Source: a virus
Lineage: Duplodnaviria; Caudoviricetes
IMG/VR virus record: IMGVR_UViG_3300011008_000012
Location: 1-64,000 of that record
Direction: 5' to 3' (one strand)
DNA: 64,000 nucleotides
A program made the translations under genes and the position numbers. Under the pieces are notes generated by a model. The model was not told the origin of the DNA, made no database searches, and saw only the letters and a program-made list of their open reading frames with translations. This document shows positions 27,166-38,645 of the stretch, piece by piece (the first letter of the stretch is position 1; each line of letters starts with the position of its first letter).

Positions 27166-27822
27166 ATGCAGGACGTATGTGTATGCTGCGGTACATATGT
27201 ACCGGAGGGGCGGCAGGTGTGCCGATCCTGTGAAGAGAAAACAGCAAGATATGATCCGAATGAGTTTTTCAGCGCAGAACGCAAAGAGAAAGCGCAGAAG
27301 AAGCCATACCGTGTGCTGGTAGTTGTCGATGCGCAGAACGATTTTATCACAGGTCGTCTCGGATCAGAAAATGCGCGAGCTGCCGTTCCCAATATCGTCC
27401 GAAAGATAAAGGAGTATAAAAGGAATGGCTGGCCTATCGTTGCCACGCAGGACACGCATTGGGAAAACTACTCAGATACGCACGAGGGTAAGTTGTTCCC
27501 TATTGAACACTGTATGCACGGAACACGCGGGTGGGAAATAGATGATAGAATTGAGGCGCTTATATCTGATGAGCCGCATATCAGAAAACCTGCCTTCGCA
27601 TACATACACTGGAAGCTGTACTACGATCTTTTCCATGATGCTGTGATCGAAGTGGTCGGGTTTTGCACCGACATCTGCGTGGTTTCCAACGCACTATATC
27701 TTCGTTCCGCTTTCAAGGAAAACGATATTGTGGTTGACTCAAAGTGTTGTGCGGGAACATCGGAGGAGGCGCACAACGCAGCGCTGCTCGTAATGAAATC
27801 CTGTCAGATTGAGGTGATATGA
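27166..27822 (+). CDS. isochorismatase/nicotinamidase-family cysteine hydrolase
   Basis: VVDAQNDF, TQDTH, EHC, GFCTDICV. Confidence 0.88.
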   Translation: MQDVCVCCGTYVPEGRQVCRSCEEKTARYDPNEFFSAERKEKAQKKPYRVLVVVDAQNDFITGRLGSENARAAVPNIVRKIKEYKRNGWPIVATQDTHWENYSDTHEGKLFPIEHCMHGTRGWEIDDRIEALISDEPHIRKPAFAYIHWKLYYDLFHDAVIEVVGFCTDICVVSNALYLRSAFKENDIVVDSKCCAGTSEEAHNAALLVMKSCQIEVI

Positions 27823-28263
27823 TGCGGAAACATCGCATGAAAAAGGCAAAGGAGATGCGCCGGTATCTCCACGAACGCGGCGTGGATTTCGTTGGGAAAC
27901 GCGATCTGATGCATAAGATCACCGGCGAGCACGCGATCGGTATTGAAGCGCGTGTTGGTACGAGTCGCCACATTGCCATAGGGCATGACGAAGTAGACGC
28001 GCTCCGTAATCTCAAGAAAACTCTTGATACATATTTCGCATGAGAGCTCCAAAGGGAAGTAAGGCCGACGACGCCAAATCCATCAAATGGCGGGATTCTG
28101 GTCTGTCAATCGGCGAGAAGGTGAGTTATCACAATGACTCTTTCTGTGTATGCTGTGGTGAACCCGTCCCGGAGGGACGCTGGGTCTGCCCAACGTGTGA
28201 GCTCAAAAAAGCGGAGAAAATTCTGTTCGAGAACAGGAGTATCTAAGAGATGAGGACCATCAG

Positions 28264-28962
28264 ATGAGGATCATTGATAAGAACACGGACTTCTATGATT
28301 ATTTGCAAAATATATACCGTGACAACTCAACGACGTTTGATCGCACCGACTCTTTCGTTCTTACGAAGGATTTGATGTGCGAGTATTTCAGCGTACTAAC
28401 ACGTTGGCGTTCGGACGATCGTGATCGATATAGGTTTGTCTTGTTGCAAGTATGCAACACCTTCTGGCTGTTCCTGTTCGAGATTACAGATAAGAATGAT
28501 TACGGTATACCGACGAACTATAAGGTTGAGTTGCTGACGACATGGAAGAACTACTCTAAACAGCGTCGTCTGAACAAACTGGATGTAATTTCTTTCGGTT
28601 TCGCGGTGAGCGGGCAAATCAGCACATCCTTCTGGCGATACGACAGGGCAACCATTCTGAAAAAGGTTGATGTTCTTACTCGTGCAATCGACCAAAACGA
28701 CTTCAAGGTCATCAAAAGTATCGATCATCATACGATATTCCACGGCACCAATGTGAGAACGGAGAAGCATCTGCCGCTATTGAAGGCGTGCGGGATCGGG
28801 AATTGCATTGATCCATTGGATATCTATCTCTCGTTCGAGGAGTATTTCTCATTGGAGAGGCAGTCACAAGAGCGCATTGCCTCAGTTGGGCTTACGGATA
28901 AAGAAAAGATCGAAAACCACGGTTTTGACGCCAAGGTTTCTTTCCGGGGAAAGGGAAAATGA
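28264..28962 (+). CDS. hypothetical protein
   Basis: 232 aa, GAGG RBS, ends KIENHGFDAKVSFR. Confidence 0.75.
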   Translation: MRIIDKNTDFYDYLQNIYRDNSTTFDRTDSFVLTKDLMCEYFSVLTRWRSDDRDRYRFVLLQVCNTFWLFLFEITDKNDYGIPTNYKVELLTTWKNYSKQRRLNKLDVISFGFAVSGQISTSFWRYDRATILKKVDVLTRAIDQNDFKVIKSIDHHTIFHGTNVRTEKHLPLLKACGIGNCIDPLDIYLSFEEYFSLERQSQERIASVGLTDKEKIENHGFDAKVSFRGKGK

Positions 28963-29205
28963 TAAAAGAAGAAATATTGACCAACCATTGGTATGTCATT
29001 CACACATTGGTATCTCTTTCTGGTATCTTGTATTGGTCGCATTTGCAAATGTGCATAAAGATGATTTTTGGAGCGATCTTCCAGAGAAAATCACGTCTGA
29101 TGATAACCGAGAAAAGGGGTGGGCGCTTATCCTCACGGTTATTATCAGTAATCTACCGGTTGTCAGGTTCTTCGTATTTATTGCTTGGGTAATGGATGCG
29201 TGCGG

Positions 29206-32200
29206 ATGAAAGGCGGCTTTTATGACCTTATTCAAAAGACGTAAGTTACTTGAAAAGCAATCTCGCGGGTTACATATGATCGATCAGTGCATGGAGGTGC
29301 AGATTGAGTTGCTGGCCAGTCGTTCAGAATGGCTAGAAAAAGAAGGCCGAGACGACGAAGCTAAGGAGTGTGCGGCTGTTGTGAGGACCATCAGATACTG
29401 GCAGGATGAAGTCCGTAAAGCAATCCGTGGCGACTTCTGATCTGGATTATGATGAAAGGCGATTTTTATGAGGCTAATTGATGCGGATGCGCTCCCCACT
29501 TCCGAGGAAAAATGTGATACAGAAGATGGTATCAGAATATGGGAAAGAACAAATGGGATGAACATTGTTATTAGGCAGCTGCTTAACGCTCCCACCATCG
29601 ATGCCGTCCATGTCGTGCGGTGCGACGAGTGCTGGTTTAGACCAAAGGGTAAGACGTATTGCATCGAACTCGAACGGCACACTGGCGATGGGTTTTACTG
29701 TGCTTTCGGTCAGCGCAGAGAGGAATGAAAGGATATTTTTATGGCTATTAAGCTATGTGGGCACTGTAAATATTTCGTGCCGAATGGCGGTGTTACTTCT
29801 GATGGTGCAAGATATCAGCGTCCTTGGTTGTCCTGCGGGCTAGGAGAATGCAAGTGCCCCATCGAACCGCCGTATGGGAGATTCAAGAACGAGCAGAACG
29901 GCTGTAACAACTGGCGGGAGAGAGGTATTAAATGATTCTAACATTGATATTCATTAGCGTGGCTGTTGGTAGCGGACTTATTGCTAAGTCAGCGTCGGAA
30001 CATGGTTGGGATACCACAAGTTTAATTGCAGTAACTCTTTGTGTGCTTGCCATTATTGCCATCTTTGTGTCTGGCATCTGTATCGTTGATGAGCGGATCA
30101 ATCACGATGCAAATCTTTCAAATCTCCAGGCTAAAAGGGAAGCCCTTGTGTACCAGCTTGAAAACAATATGTTTTTAGGAGATGCAGTTGGGGAGTTTAA
30201 TGGCGAGATTGCCTCGGCAAGAGCTAAACATGAGAGTCCGTGGACAAGCTGGTTCTATGGTGACTACTATATGGAAGTCGAACCTATTGAAATGAAATGA
30301 AAGAGGCTTTTTATGAACAATCGGTTTGAGCAAATAGTTAACGAGCTTCACGCTATCGAAAAAGACCTCACAGAACGAGGGGCTTTACTGGATGATATTG
30401 AAGTTCATACCTTTGAGCAGGTTTGGTCAAGTACCGCGCTTGGGTTTGGCGGGTTAGGTGGTCAAGCTATAACAAGGGCAAACACATACGTCATCATTAC
30501 ATTCGACGAGCATACGACATGCTACGTATATTTTTCATCGGGCTTTGCGTATTCGATGCCATACAACTCAAAGGTGTTTGAAGATATTAAAAACCGAAAC
30601 ATGGCTCCTGTTCGAGAACGTGGGAAATATTTGTACGAATGAAAGAGGTTTTGATGAGCAAGTCATTAGAATATTGTTGCGTCGTTGCTTCCGACAAAAC
30701 TCGTTCATCTTACGCCGACAGGGATTGGAGTAAAGCAACAGAGTATGAAGCGGAACCAATTTTTGATCTGCAACTTGAAGGCGAGCGCGAGCTAACCGTG
30801 ACGGGGACGGACGACAGAGGGGAGCGGTTTTCGGCTCGTCTCGACTTAGTATTTGATCCATCGGCAGACTTCCAATTCTTTACCTCTGAATCTTGCAAAC
30901 ATGATGGTACTCTTCTATTCGTAGATGAGCTGTACACAAGGTGCGTTGCGAAGGTTTGCTGCCTTAAAACATGGTACAACCTGCTGGACGCTCCGAAGAC
31001 TGGCGATCATGTCAGATTTACGGTTGGGAATTTCGTTTCTTTGAATGAATACGGGAAAGAAATCGCGCCGGAAGACAAACCGTGGATGCAACAACGAACG
31101 ACGGTGTTGCTCCCATTGAAGGCCGAATACGTTAAATGAAAGAAGATTTTTATGTATATGAACAAGAATACCCGCGTTGATATACGCCAAGAATTCATAG
31201 ACGGGCAAACTAAAAGAGACATAGATGTTCACGAGGTCAAACTGACGAAGCGATTTATTTCCTGGCTATTCAGACATTACTATACAGACTGTCTGGTATT
31301 CGACTTCTATGATATGGATTCTTCATGGAGTGAATTTGCACCGGTAACATGGGACAAGCGAATATCAACATGTGTATGGCAAGATTATTTCGATGATGGC
31401 TGCTGGTGCGAGACACAGCGCGAGGTAGATGCGCTTGCCAAACGCAATGTGAATGAATTCCGTAAGGCAGGTCATTTATCTCGTCGATCCTGGATCGGTA
31501 AGTATATCTTCAATGATGGTTCGACAGGAATGCATTTATATCTTTACGGGAGAGATATTCACGAGTTTGACGTTCATGTCATTTTAAAAGAACGAAAATG
31601 AAAGTGGATTTTGATAACAACATATGAAATTCTTGATATGGGAAATCCGAGTTAACGATTACGCGCTTGCTAAAATCCAATGGGCGTTATATAAGACGGT
31701 TGGCGCAAAGCCAAAAGACCCGTGCGGTCATTCAAAGACACAAGCTGGTTATTGGTGTAGACAGCCGCTTGATCTTAAACATTGTTATGTCGAGAAAGAT
31801 CATGATGGTTGTGGATATGTAGTTAAATGCAAGTGCTGTAATAGTGTAAAAATGAGTTCAAATCATTATATCGATCCAACAGACGATAGTGCATGGTCTG
31901 GTTGGTGATATATGAAAAGGGATTTTTATGATGGATGAACACGAGTATTGTAGAAATTGCCTAAAGCAGTCCGGGTGCAAAGACTGGCGCAATGTTATAC
32001 ATGGATGTCCAGAGTACGAGCCACACATTATTTTCGGGTCATCAAGACTGACAGAGCAGGAACAAAAGATAGTGGATTATCTCGAAACGTGTTATACAGG
32101 AGCGCGTATGATGGATGACGATTTGTATATGGTGAGATTGAGCAGGGCGCTAGCAGCCTTCAAAGCAAATCCTCTCGATCCGCCAGAAAGCATCTTTACG

Positions 32201-32251
32201 GAGCGGTTCATTGAATCGTCTTGGAAACTGTAATGAAAGTGAAATTTTATG
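29206..32251 (+). repeat. nine copies of junction motif ATGAAA-N6-TTTTAT(G) separating small ORFs
   Basis: copies at 29206, 29452, 29725, 30297, 30639, 31136, 31598, 31912, 32233; ORFs start at 29222, 29468, 29741, 30313, 30654, 31152, 31624, 31928, 32249. Confidence 0.85.
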
Positions 32252-32376
32252 AAGATTGTTCCACTGAGTAAAGCAATCGACAAAGCCAAGGTTTGTAGAA
32301 GAGGTTCTTGGACTAAAACTATTTCCATGCCAGAAGTTGATGCTAGATGCAATGGACATCTATAGGAGGCTAACGT

Positions 32377-33192
32377 ATGGCGGACGTAATCAACCTGTCG
32401 GAGTTCAAAGCTCGTCAAACGATCGATGTCTCCGCATTACAGAAGAACAACAGAAAACTGCAAGCCGGTATGATCGAACCAGCGAAAGAGGTCGTGACTC
32501 CTGATATTGCACCGGAGCACGCGGCGGAACCGATTAAAAGCATGGATGATATCATGCGAATATCGAAGTATCTGATATCCAAGGGACGGTACAGGGATAA
32601 CATGCTGTTTATCGTCGGTATTAACTTCGGGCTGCGTGTCAGCGATCTGCGGCTCTTGCGGTTCACAAATCTTATCAACGACAATCTGACGTTCAAGGAC
32701 AGCTTCCCGGTTTTTGAACAGAAGACGAGAAATACAAGAACAAGGAAAAAGAACCGCTACATAACGATCAATACAGCGGTAATCGAGGCGGTCACTCTTT
32801 ATCTTGAGCATACACCGGGCATATGTCTGAGTGACTATATGTTCCGCAGTCAGTCAAGGAATAGCGGCAACAAGAACGTCCCGCTCCACAGGAGCGCAAT
32901 CGACGACATATTGAAGGGGATCGCAAGAGATCTTAACCTGAACATCCATATGTCAACGCATACGCTTCGCAAGACATTCGCGTATCACCAGATGGTGATG
33001 TCAAACAACGATCCGAGAAAGCTCCTGCTTCTGTCCAAGATATTCGGCCATTCATCGGTAGCAATTACTTTGGATTACATCGGGATCACAGGCGAAGAGA
33101 TCGAGGAGGCGTACAGGAATCTCAATCTCGGAAGTGAGACATACAACTATTTAAACTCCAATATCAAAGAAGAAGAAATGTGTGCCGTATAA
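32377..33192 (+). CDS. tyrosine recombinase/integrase family protein
   Basis: GLRVSDL, EQKT, THTLRKTF, FGHSS, TLDYIG: full catalytic set. Confidence 0.92.
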   Translation: MADVINLSEFKARQTIDVSALQKNNRKLQAGMIEPAKEVVTPDIAPEHAAEPIKSMDDIMRISKYLISKGRYRDNMLFIVGINFGLRVSDLRLLRFTNLINDNLTFKDSFPVFEQKTRNTRTRKKNRYITINTAVIEAVTLYLEHTPGICLSDYMFRSQSRNSGNKNVPLHRSAIDDILKGIARDLNLNIHMSTHTLRKTFAYHQMVMSNNDPRKLLLLSKIFGHSSVAITLDYIGITGEEIEEAYRNLNLGSETYNYLNSNIKEEEMCAV

Positions 33193-33295
33193 AGTTTTGA
33201 CGGTCATATAGGGTTTTGTTTTTATCCGACTTGTCAGGATAATAGTTTTTAAGGTATTATAAATAGTATAAATCATATATGGTGGTGATATTTCA

Positions 33296-33850
33296 ATGAT
33301 TCATGTCGGTGTAATTCTCAAAGCGCTTGCTTGGCAAGCGGTCGGAGTTGGTATGCTCACAAAGCATGGTGTTGATCACGCTCGCGCTAAGCACGCACAG
33401 ACGGTAACAAACCGGTATTATGCTCCATTGGATACGTGGTGGGCGAAATACGGGTCGTCTGTGAATGACACAAGCAAGAAGGTTCTCGACGCCTGCAAAC
33501 TTGCTTACTACGATGATTCATGGATCGATTATGTGCGCAGCGTGGTCACGCCGGATAATGAGTATATCGAAGATATGCTGAAAAACCCGAGGATGCCTCG
33601 CTATAGAAACCACGGATATCCTATGACGATGATCTACTATGCTTGCCTGGGGCAGGCGGCGAATATTACGAGGTTCGGAGATTTGCATCCTGTAAGGAGA
33701 GTCCCATCGGGGAATCTGTTCCAGCAGCAGGAAAAGCCTGTACAGGAACTTATCGTAAAGTTATTGGAAGAGCGTGGAGTTCCGGAGCTTTATTGGTACA
33801 CAGAAGATGTGGACAGCATTATGAAACGACTAGATGAGCTGTCCAGATAA
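33296..33850 (+). CDS. hypothetical protein
   Basis: 184-aa ORF after an AT-rich intergenic region. Confidence 0.65.
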   Translation: MIHVGVILKALAWQAVGVGMLTKHGVDHARAKHAQTVTNRYYAPLDTWWAKYGSSVNDTSKKVLDACKLAYYDDSWIDYVRSVVTPDNEYIEDMLKNPRMPRYRNHGYPMTMIYYACLGQAANITRFGDLHPVRRVPSGNLFQQQEKPVQELIVKLLEERGVPELYWYTEDVDSIMKRLDELSR

Positions 33851-33862
33851 CGCAAGTAAGAC

Positions 33863-33947
33863 GCCGGCATGGTGAAATTGGCAAACACGTCGGCCTCAAG
33901 TACCGATGCCGCATGGCTTGAGAGTTCGAGTCTCTCTGCCGGCACCA
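33863..33947 (+). tRNA. tRNA-Leu(CAA)
   Basis: loop ctcaagt, variable arm, gccggca/tgccggc + ACCA. Confidence 0.9.
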
Positions 33948-34203
33948 TCCCATGGCGGCGGGGAGAATAGTCGCCCAGGAAGGTGAGAGGACAAATAAAC
34001 AAAAAGCCCCTTAGCTCACCACCACGCTCCCACCAGTTGGAAGCAGGTCGGCACGGAGACCTTAAATTCTGTGATTCCAGTGAAATTCTGAGCGTGTCCA
34101 CCATCTGGGCGCACCGTGACAGCCGGGCAGTAGAAATATCATCTGAAAACAATATGATGGAACCACGGCCGACGCCGTGTTTTTTTTGTGATGAGGTAAA
34201 ACA

Positions 34204-34575
34204 ATGGGATATTATTCTACATATGCGCTTACTTGGGAATACAAGGGAACGGACACGACACAGGCAGAGATTTCCGAAAGAATCATCAATGCCTTTGCCG
34301 ATCTTCCGTACTGGTCAGCCGGCGGCTTTGATGTTGATAGCGATGACAGCATTTATATCTCAGAAGCCAAGTGGTACGACTACAGTGAAGATATGTACGA
34401 TCTCTCCGTACAGTTCCCCGATGTGGTGTTCCACCTGTGGGGTGATGGAGAAAGTGCAGACGACCTATGGGAAGAACACTGGCAGAACGGTAAAACACAG
34501 CATTGTGCGGCGGAGATTCCGCCATATGATCCAATGAAGATGGTCGATTACAAACGGAGGTGCCGATGTCAGTAA
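34204..34575 (+). CDS. hypothetical protein
   Basis: GAGG RBS; MGYYS.., AKWYD, LWGDGE. Confidence 0.75.
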   Translation: MGYYSTYALTWEYKGTDTTQAEISERIINAFADLPYWSAGGFDVDSDDSIYISEAKWYDYSEDMYDLSVQFPDVVFHLWGDGESADDLWEEHWQNGKTQHCAAEIPPYDPMKMVDYKRRCRCQ

Positions 34576-34609
34576 TGGTGTCGACCAATATATCTATAGG
34601 GAGGACGCT

Positions 34610-35311
34610 ATGTCCAGAATCTTTGTGACCGGTGATACGCATGGAGATTACGACTGGGGAAAAATCAATACGGCTAGATGGCCTGAACAGAAGAAACTCA
34701 CGAAGGACGATTACCTGATCATTGCTGGCGACTGGGGAGGTATCTGGAGTATGCCTGTCGATGAAGGCGAAAGCGCATACTGTATTGAGGTCTACAACAG
34801 CAGGAATTTCACGACGCTGTTTGTCGATGGAAACCATGACCGTCATGATTACTACGCCACACTCCCGGTCGAGGAATGGAACGGCGGCAAAATACATAGG
34901 GTGTCCGATTCCATCTTCCATCTGATGCGCGGTCAGGTTTTCAATATCGACGGACGCACCATCTTTACAATGGGAGGCGCAGACTCCGTTGATAAACTGT
35001 GGCGTAAACCTGGCGTAAGCTGGTGGCCGGAAGAAATGCCAAACATCGCCGAGTACACAGAGGCGATGGAGAATCTGGAGAGAGCCGGTTTCAATGTTGA
35101 TTACGTCATTACACATTGCTGCGGGACACAGCTCCTCCATCGAATGTATACGCACCACTCGCAGCCAGATGCGCTCACAAATTTCTTCTGGGAGCTGGAG
35201 AAGGATCATAATCTTACGTTCAAGTCGTGGTTTTTCGGGCACCATCATCAGGATGCGATATTCGATGATGGGAAATACAGATGCCTCTATCAGGACATCG
35301 TGGAGATATAA
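34610..35311 (+). CDS. calcineurin-like metallophosphoesterase
   Basis: GDTHG, GDWG, GNHD, THC, GHHH. Confidence 0.9.
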   Translation: MSRIFVTGDTHGDYDWGKINTARWPEQKKLTKDDYLIIAGDWGGIWSMPVDEGESAYCIEVYNSRNFTTLFVDGNHDRHDYYATLPVEEWNGGKIHRVSDSIFHLMRGQVFNIDGRTIFTMGGADSVDKLWRKPGVSWWPEEMPNIAEYTEAMENLERAGFNVDYVITHCCGTQLLHRMYTHHSQPDALTNFFWELEKDHNLTFKSWFFGHHHQDAIFDDGKYRCLYQDIVEI

Positions 35312-35416
35312 CGGTACACCGAAGTCATTCTGTTTTCGCTCATCATGTGCATCCTTTTCCTGATCTATGAGACGATGGAGCTTTTCCCCGGAAACGACTG
35401 AAAATAGGAGAGTAAA

Positions 35417-35821
35417 ATGAGATTTAACGTCATCATCGCCGGATCACGCGGCTTCAATGATTATGATCTTCTTTGTATAAAATGTGATAAGTTCTTCGCA
35501 AGAAAAACGCCGACGATGATCCTCTGCGGAGAGGCAAGGGGAGCAGACGCCCTTGGACGCAGATATGCGGAAGAGCGCGGCATCGAAGTCGGCTCGTTCC
35601 CGGCTGAATGGAGTAAATACGGTAAATCTGCCGGTATGCTCCGCAATCGAGCAATGCTGGAACACGCGGATGCGCTCGTCGCGTTTTGGGACGAGCGCTC
35701 CGCAGGTACCAAACATATGATAGAAATCGCAAAAGGGAAAGGAATCCCTGTTCGCGTTGTAAAATATGCGAGTGTGAGTTTAGAACAGAAGGACGAGAAT
35801 GGGACAAGTATCGATCAGTAA
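35417..35821 (+). CDS. SLOG family (DUF2493/YspA-like) protein
   Basis: IIAGSRGF, GEARGAD, AGMLRNRAM, SAGTKHMI. Confidence 0.85.
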   Translation: MRFNVIIAGSRGFNDYDLLCIKCDKFFARKTPTMILCGEARGADALGRRYAEERGIEVGSFPAEWSKYGKSAGMLRNRAMLEHADALVAFWDERSAGTKHMIEIAKGKGIPVRVVKYASVSLEQKDENGTSIDQ

Positions 35822-36404
35822 CGGAAATTCAAAAATGGGTTCTATCCCGAGTGTGTCACTCCCATCCATCGTAACATGCAGGGAGTGTGCGTGTCAGAAG
35901 AAATGCTATGCGCATAAACTGGAGCGGCTTCGCCCCTCTGTTCTGAACGCATATCAAAACAATCTGAGGATTTTGCGGGAAGATCCAAAAACATATTGGA
36001 GAGAAATCGAAGCGGCGATCATGATGAGCCGCTTCTTTCGTTTCCATGTATCCGGCGACATACCGGATGAAGAGTACTTCAAGCACATGGTAGAGATCGC
36101 CAAAAGGAATGAACACTGTCAGATCCTGTGCTTCACAAAGAAGTACGAGATCGTAAACAGATGGCTCGGTCAAACAAACGGGTATTTGCCAGACAATTTA
36201 CATATCGTTTTCAGCGGTTGGGTTGGCCTTGAGATGGTCAATCCATTTTTCTTGCCGGAAGCGCATGTCCGATACAAGGATGGGACGACTACGGCGAGAG
36301 ACGACGCGATGGAATGTCCGGGAAATTGTACGGACTGTGCCATAACAGACTGTGGATGTTGGGTCTTAGGACTTGGCGAGCAGGTGGTTTTCCACGAACA
36401 TTAA
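35799..36404 (+). CDS. GP88-like Cys-rich phage protein
   Basis: GNSKMG, TCRECACQKKCYA, FRFHVSGD, FTK. Confidence 0.7.
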   Translation: MGQVSISNGNSKMGSIPSVSLPSIVTCRECACQKKCYAHKLERLRPSVLNAYQNNLRILREDPKTYWREIEAAIMMSRFFRFHVSGDIPDEEYFKHMVEIAKRNEHCQILCFTKKYEIVNRWLGQTNGYLPDNLHIVFSGWVGLEMVNPFFLPEAHVRYKDGTTTARDDAMECPGNCTDCAITDCGCWVLGLGEQVVFHEH

Positions 36405-36416
36405 AGGAGGTATGCA

Positions 36417-38645
36417 ATGAGAGTATTGCTTTTGCTGCGCGGAGCTCCTGGCTGCGGCAAGACGACATGGATCAAAGAACACGGGCTGACGCCATACGCG
36501 CTGTCCGCTGATGATATTCGTCTGATGTGCGCCGGACCGGTCATGACGGTTGACGGAGGGCGGGCGATCAATGTCACGAGCGATCAGGTGGTTTGGAATA
36601 CGCTGTTTCGCCTGCTGGAAACTCGTATGCAGAACGGCGCGTTCACGGTGATCGACGCCACGAACTCCAAAACGATCGAGATGAAGCGTTATAAAGACAT
36701 GTGCGATACATACCGGTACCGTATCTACTGCGTTGACTTCACCGGATTGCCTATCGAATGGTGCAAGGCACAGAACAAGATGCGTCCCGAGATCAAACAG
36801 GTTCCTGACGAGGCGATCGACCGTATGTACGCGAGGTTTGCCACGCAGAAGATCCCGTCCGGTATCACGGTCATCCAGCCGGATGAGCTGGATAAGATAT
36901 GGATGCGGAAGATCGATCTTTCCAACTATAAGAAGATTCATCATATCGGTGACATTCACGGATGCTGGACAGTACTTCAACAGTACTTCAATAATGAGGG
37001 GACGCTAAAAGATGATGAGTTCTACATCTTCTGCGGAGACTACATTGACCGAGGGATCGAGAATGTACAGGTGATCAACTTCCTCATGGATATTGTCGGG
37101 CGTGATAACGTACTTCTCCTTGAGGGCAATCATGAGCGTTGGCTCTGGACGTATGGATGTGATGGAGTGGCGAAATCCAAGGATTTTGAACTGCACACGA
37201 AGGCAGAACTTCAGGACGCGAAGATTGACCGAAAGGCAATGAGACAACTTTACCGGCGTATGGGACAGTGCGCTTGGTACTCATACGGTGATAAGACGGT
37301 TCTCGTAACTCATGCCGGCCTGAGCTGTATTCCAGAGAACATGACGCTCGTAGCTACTCAGCAGATGATCAAGGGCGTGGGGAACTATAACGATTTCGAG
37401 AAGGTCGCCAACGCTTTTGTTGCGAATACACCAGAGAATACATATCAAATTCACGGGCATCGGAACACAAAGCATCTGCCGGTTCAGGTGAATGAGAGAG
37501 TGTTCAATCTGGAAGGACGGGTCGAGTTTGGCGGTGAGCTCCGTGTAGTCCAGTTGTCAGCGGATGGTTTCAAGACGGTGGAAATCAAGAACACGGTTTT
37601 TCGTGAGCCGGAAGAGGTCGTTGTATATGAGCCCAAAAAGACAACGAATGTTGCTGATGTGATCCTCGAAATGCGGGAGAACAAGTACATTCAAGAGAAA
37701 CGTTACGGAGACATCTCATCCTTTAATTTCACCAAGAGCGCATTCTACGATAAGGTGTGGGACGAGCAGACGATGAAGGCACGCGGGCTTTACATTAATG
37801 TCCCAAAGGCAAAGATCGTGGCAAGAGCTTACGATAAGTTCTTCAATATCAATGAGCGCCCCGAGACGAAATTCGATATGCTGGAATCCAAGCTGGTCTT
37901 CCCGGTAACTGCGTATGTGAAAGAAAACGGGTTCCTCAGCCTGATCAGCTATGACCATGACAAGGATAATCTATTTATCACAACCAAATCCTCTCCGGAC
38001 GGAGACTACGCTGTTTGGCTGCGCGGGATTTTTGAGACGGTCGCTCCCGGTGTTCGCGAGCGCATCAAGCAATATCTGAAAGAGAATGATGTCACGATGG
38101 TCTTCGAGTGTGTGGACATGGTTCATGATCCACACATCATTGAGTATTCAGGTAACTGTCTCTACCTGCTGGACATTATCAAAAACGACCTGAAATGCAC
38201 GAAGATGCCGTATGAGCAACTGAAAGAGGTCGCCGCCGCTTTTAGCCTGCGCTGCAAGGAAAAAGCGTTCGTGCTTCATGAGTGGCCCGAATTCTTTGAC
38301 TGGTATTACGAAGTAACAGACCCGGAATACATGTACCAAGGACGCCATATCGAAGGCTTTGTAATCGAAGATTCAACAGGGTATATGATTAAGCTCAAGC
38401 TGGCTTACTACAACTTCTGGAAATTTATGCGCGGCGTTGCGCACGAGGCTATCCGCAAAGGTCATATTGACGGTAAACGTACATCAGCTCTGACGACAGC
38501 GCTTGCCAATCGTTTTTACGGTTGGGTACGCACACTCCATGACCGTGATGATGTAGACACGATCCCGAAGGATATCTGCACGCTCCGCAAGATGTTTTAC
38601 GCATCGGACGATGGGCGGGAATTCATCACGACCGAGGGTATGTAA
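36417..38645 (+). CDS. RNA repair enzyme: polynucleotide kinase + metallophosphatase + RNA ligase
   Basis: RGAPGCGKT/DATN kinase; GDIHG/GDYIDRG/GNHE phosphatase; KFFN, KENGFL, EGFV, KLK ligase motifs. Confidence 0.88.
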   Translation: MRVLLLLRGAPGCGKTTWIKEHGLTPYALSADDIRLMCAGPVMTVDGGRAINVTSDQVVWNTLFRLLETRMQNGAFTVIDATNSKTIEMKRYKDMCDTYRYRIYCVDFTGLPIEWCKAQNKMRPEIKQVPDEAIDRMYARFATQKIPSGITVIQPDELDKIWMRKIDLSNYKKIHHIGDIHGCWTVLQQYFNNEGTLKDDEFYIFCGDYIDRGIENVQVINFLMDIVGRDNVLLLEGNHERWLWTYGCDGVAKSKDFELHTKAELQDAKIDRKAMRQLYRRMGQCAWYSYGDKTVLVTHAGLSCIPENMTLVATQQMIKGVGNYNDFEKVANAFVANTPENTYQIHGHRNTKHLPVQVNERVFNLEGRVEFGGELRVVQLSADGFKTVEIKNTVFREPEEVVVYEPKKTTNVADVILEMRENKYIQEKRYGDISSFNFTKSAFYDKVWDEQTMKARGLYINVPKAKIVARAYDKFFNINERPETKFDMLESKLVFPVTAYVKENGFLSLISYDHDKDNLFITTKSSPDGDYAVWLRGIFETVAPGVRERIKQYLKENDVTMVFECVDMVHDPHIIEYSGNCLYLLDIIKNDLKCTKMPYEQLKEVAAAFSLRCKEKAFVLHEWPEFFDWYYEVTDPEYMYQGRHIEGFVIEDSTGYMIKLKLAYYNFWKFMRGVAHEAIRKGHIDGKRTSALTTALANRFYGWVRTLHDRDDVDTIPKDICTLRKMFYASDDGREFITTEGM

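Noticed and set aside
35694-35706. gcgctccgcag match to the retron hairpin loop
   Set aside because: Lies inside the SLOG coding sequence and does not extend into a stem; chance match.
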